IMG/VR virus record: IMGVR_UViG_3300035698_019895
Span: 22,491-86,490 of that record
From: a virus
DNA: 64,000 nucleotides
Reading direction: 5' to 3' (one strand)
Part shown: piece after piece, positions 61,324-64,000 of the stretch
How the letters are laid out: each line of letters opens with the position of its first letter
Numbering within the stretch: position 1 is the stretch's first letter
Made by a program: the position numbers and the translations under genes
Notes under the pieces: generated by a model
What the model was told of the DNA's origin: nothing
What the model saw: the letters and a program-made list of their open reading frames with translations, nothing else
Database searches by the model: none

Positions 61324-62237
61324 AAACAGTTTGCTTTTTAACCTGGCATTATAGAAGTCCAGAAATGTTCTTAGAAACATTGAAAAAACAAACTCCAAAT
61401 CGTTCTGGAATATGGAAGAATATTAAAGCTATAACAGAACCCGATAAAGCAGATTTTTGCGTTATATTTGATGGTTATCGAAATCCATTTCCTGCTGAAC
61501 GAGCTTTGTATTTCGGACAACATCCTCGTGGAGTTCAAGGATGTGTAGATTATAGAGATTTTAAAGACGTAAAATGTTTGGCAGCTTTTCCATTAGAAAG
61601 ACATTTAAATCCTGCCGAATGGTGGATAGATTATGATTATGATACTTTAGTAAAGATGAAAGCTCCTGAAAAGAAGAAAGATTTATGCTGTGCAGTTACT
61701 TATCAAGAAAGCAGACCTACTTATATTCATAGAAGAGAATTTCTAGCTAGATATATGAGTATATCCGAGAATATAGACCTTTATGGAAGACCCGAAGAGA
61801 AATTTAGAGCTTGCGAATTGCGTAAAATATATAAAGGAGTTTTAGGTTTTAATACTTATGACCCTTATAAAATGGACCACACTAGAGGAAAAGAACAAAT
61901 AATAGATTATAGATATTCTCTAGAATTTGATATGGGACCAACTACAAATTACATATGTGAAAGATTTTATGACTCTCTATTACTTTGGACGTTTCCTATA
62001 TATTATGGTTCAACTAATGTAGAACAATACTTTCCCAAAAACTCTTTTAGGTATGTAGATATTGCTGATAATAATATGGGAGAATCTAAAAAGGTATTAG
62101 ATTTAGTTAACAGTGATTTTAGAGAACAACATTTAGATGATTTAGCTCAAGCTAGAGATTTAGCATTACATAAGTATAGTACATTTGCTAGAATTCATGA
62201 AATTATAAACAATATTGATAAATATAGGAGGAAATAA
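61320..62237 (+). CDS. GT10-like glycosyltransferase, paralog 2 of 3
   Basis: DLYGR, YRYSLEFD, NYICERFYD...W.FPIYYG. Confidence 0.78.
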   Translation: MKTVCFLTWHYRSPEMFLETLKKQTPNRSGIWKNIKAITEPDKADFCVIFDGYRNPFPAERALYFGQHPRGVQGCVDYRDFKDVKCLAAFPLERHLNPAEWWIDYDYDTLVKMKAPEKKKDLCCAVTYQESRPTYIHRREFLARYMSISENIDLYGRPEEKFRACELRKIYKGVLGFNTYDPYKMDHTRGKEQIIDYRYSLEFDMGPTTNYICERFYDSLLLWTFPIYYGSTNVEQYFPKNSFRYVDIADNNMGESKKVLDLVNSDFREQHLDDLAQARDLALHKYSTFARIHEIINNIDKYRRK

Positions 62238-62548
62238 TGAATGATATTATAAAGAAACGAGGTTTATTAAAAACCTGGCTACTTATCTTTTTTCCTAAAC
62301 TTCATTGTAGAATTGATGGTCACTTATTACATCCAGAAAATATGTTATGTGGAAGATGTAGAAAGAAAATAGATTTAAAAAAAGATAAAATAGACAGAGA
62401 TTAAGTAGATGAGGCTAAATAGAATAAAAAAGACATCTCCAAAACGAGGCAGATACTGGTGTTATAAATGTGATAGAGCTCTTGTAAATAAAGGCAGTAA
62501 ATGCCCTGCATGTGGTCAAAGAGATATATCTAAACATAGAAAGAAATA

Positions 62549-62959
62549 ATGGATAATACAAAAAAATATATTAAGATGTGTGAGAAGGCAGAGGAGATAC
62601 AGAAGCGAGATTTTGAAAATGGAGATATAATATTTTATAAAAATAAATGGGGGATGTATTTCAAAGAAAAGTTCTATGAAGAAATGGTATTTAATGACAA
62701 TACTTTGATAAAATATGAGCTTAATCCTATTTGGCTCCCTCGCCAAGACCAGTTGCAGGAGATGATAAGCGGTAAGTATGAAAATACACATTTTTTCTTA
62801 GTTGCTTTTCTGAAATTTGCTGATGATTTCGGATATGATGGAAATAATATAAATTGCACATTATTTACCTCTATGGAACAACTCTGGCTTGCCTTTGTAA
62901 TGAAAAAGAAATATTCAAAAAAATGGTTGACAAATGAAGAAAAATGGGTTATAATATAA
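62549..62959 (+). CDS. Phage hypothetical protein
   Basis: YIKMCEKA.EIQ, WLPRQDQLQEM, SMEQLWLAFVM. Confidence 0.6.
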   Translation: MDNTKKYIKMCEKAEEIQKRDFENGDIIFYKNKWGMYFKEKFYEEMVFNDNTLIKYELNPIWLPRQDQLQEMISGKYENTHFFLVAFLKFADDFGYDGNNINCTLFTSMEQLWLAFVMKKKYSKKWLTNEEKWVII

Positions 62960-62968
62960 GGAAAAATT

Positions 62969-63895
62969 ATGAATGAAATAAAAGTTTGCTTTCTTAGTTA
63001 CCACTTTCAATCTCCTGAAATATTTCTAGATACTCTTATAAAGATGACTCCTAAATGTAGTGGTAAGTGGAAAAATATAACTGCGATTACAGACCCAATG
63101 GATGCAGATTTTTGTCTTGTATTCGATAATTATCTTGGAGTATATCCTCATAAGAGAACAATCTATTTTGGACAACATCCTTATGTTAAAGAACATAGTC
63201 CTTATTTCAGAACGTTCTTAGATAGAACTAACTGTGTAGCTAGATTTCCTCTTGATAAGTATCTTAATCCAGGAGAATGGTGGATTAAAAATACTTATGA
63301 TGAATTAATGGCTTTACAACCTCCAAAGAAAACTAAAAAATTAGCTTGTATAATGACTTATCAAACTCATAAGTCAATGTATGAACAAAGAGTTAAATTT
63401 ATGCAAGTACTTACAAAGCAATATAAAGATTATGACCTATATGGAAGACCTGAAGAGAAATTTAGAAAAGATTCTGATTTTACTAAAGTTTATAGGGGAG
63501 CATTAGGACATAATAAACCAGACGGCTTAAAAGGAGAACATCTGATAGGAAAAGAATTATTAATTGATTATAGATATAGTTTAGAATTTGATGTAGGACC
63601 AACTCGAAATTATCTCTCTGAACGTTTTTATGACGCTTTATTATTATGGACTATGCCTATCTACTTTGGTTCAAACAATGTTCATGAATATATTCCTTCA
63701 AATGCATTTCACTATATAAATATTTACGATAATTTAGATACAACTAAAGTGATGAACATAATTGATAGTGATTCCAGAGAACAAAATATAACAGCTATAA
63801 AAGAAGCTAGAGAATTATTACTTAATAAATATCAAACGTGGCCTTATGTTCATGAAATAGTGAACAATATAGAAAAATATAGAAGAACAATATGA
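62969..63895 (+). CDS. GT10-like glycosyltransferase, paralog 3 of 3
   Basis: DLYGR, YRYSLEFD, NYLSERFYDA...W.MPIYFG. Confidence 0.78.
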   Translation: MNEIKVCFLSYHFQSPEIFLDTLIKMTPKCSGKWKNITAITDPMDADFCLVFDNYLGVYPHKRTIYFGQHPYVKEHSPYFRTFLDRTNCVARFPLDKYLNPGEWWIKNTYDELMALQPPKKTKKLACIMTYQTHKSMYEQRVKFMQVLTKQYKDYDLYGRPEEKFRKDSDFTKVYRGALGHNKPDGLKGEHLIGKELLIDYRYSLEFDVGPTRNYLSERFYDALLLWTMPIYFGSNNVHEYIPSNAFHYINIYDNLDTTKVMNIIDSDSREQNITAIKEARELLLNKYQTWPYVHEIVNNIEKYRRTI

Positions 63896-64000
63896 CAGTC
63901 GAACATCTAATTAGTCTTTTAAAACAATATGATAAAGATAGTAAAGTTAAAACTATAGGATTAGGAAGTTCTTCGGTTTCTATTTCTTCTGTAACTTCAT

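Noticed and set aside
1110-62859. Minus-strand ORFs in the track
   Set aside because: They lie opposite well-supported plus-strand genes or tRNAs and show no recognisable motifs; treated as shadows
9188-63895. Diversity-generating retroelement behind the paralog similarity
   Set aside because: No reverse transcriptase in the window, and differences between paralogs are not adenine-specific
41915-63895. Ordinary bacterial O-antigen or capsule operon
   Set aside because: No export or polymerase genes, interspersed phage-type ORFs, and no ribosomal or core housekeeping operons anywhere in 64 kb
1-64000. Stop codon reassignment (alternative genetic code)
   Set aside because: Long genes are intact under code 11; TAA, TAG and TGA all end recognisable proteins at expected positions; no suppressor tRNA seen (the TAG, TAA and TGA triplets in the tRNAs are Leu and Ser anticodons)

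Overview
AT-rich, gene-dense segment with essentially all genes on the + strand, most consistent with part of a large (jumbo-type) bacteriophage genome. No capsid or terminase gene lies in the window, so this assignment is inferred from gene content and layout: PolB, RecA/UvsX, RuvC-like and PD-(D/E)xK nucleases, intein-containing class II RNR, MazG, ThyX, YopX paralogs, many tiny ORFs and clustered tRNAs. AGGAGG ribosome-binding sites, a perfect sigma70 promoter and a bacterial DnaN point to a bacterial host. Four blocks stand out: (1) 1-6 kb, a TerY-P-like triad (PP2C, kinase, vWA) interleaved with nicotinamidase and NadE, followed by a frameshifted ORF and a Gly-terminated small protein/Cys-His protein pair; (2) 12-31 kb, replication, recombination and nucleotide metabolism plus auxiliary genes such as dapB; (3) 31.4-39.8 kb, a CCA-adding enzyme, a Thg1-like enzyme and 12 tRNAs plus one degenerate tRNA, many abutting with no spacer; (4) 41.9-64 kb, a paralog-rich glycan synthesis and decoration island (Gmd, DegT, GT2/GT7/GT10-like, FkbM, sulfotransferases, LicD, cytidylyltransferases) interrupted by dnaN. 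All calls come from reading motifs by eye; no database searches were run.
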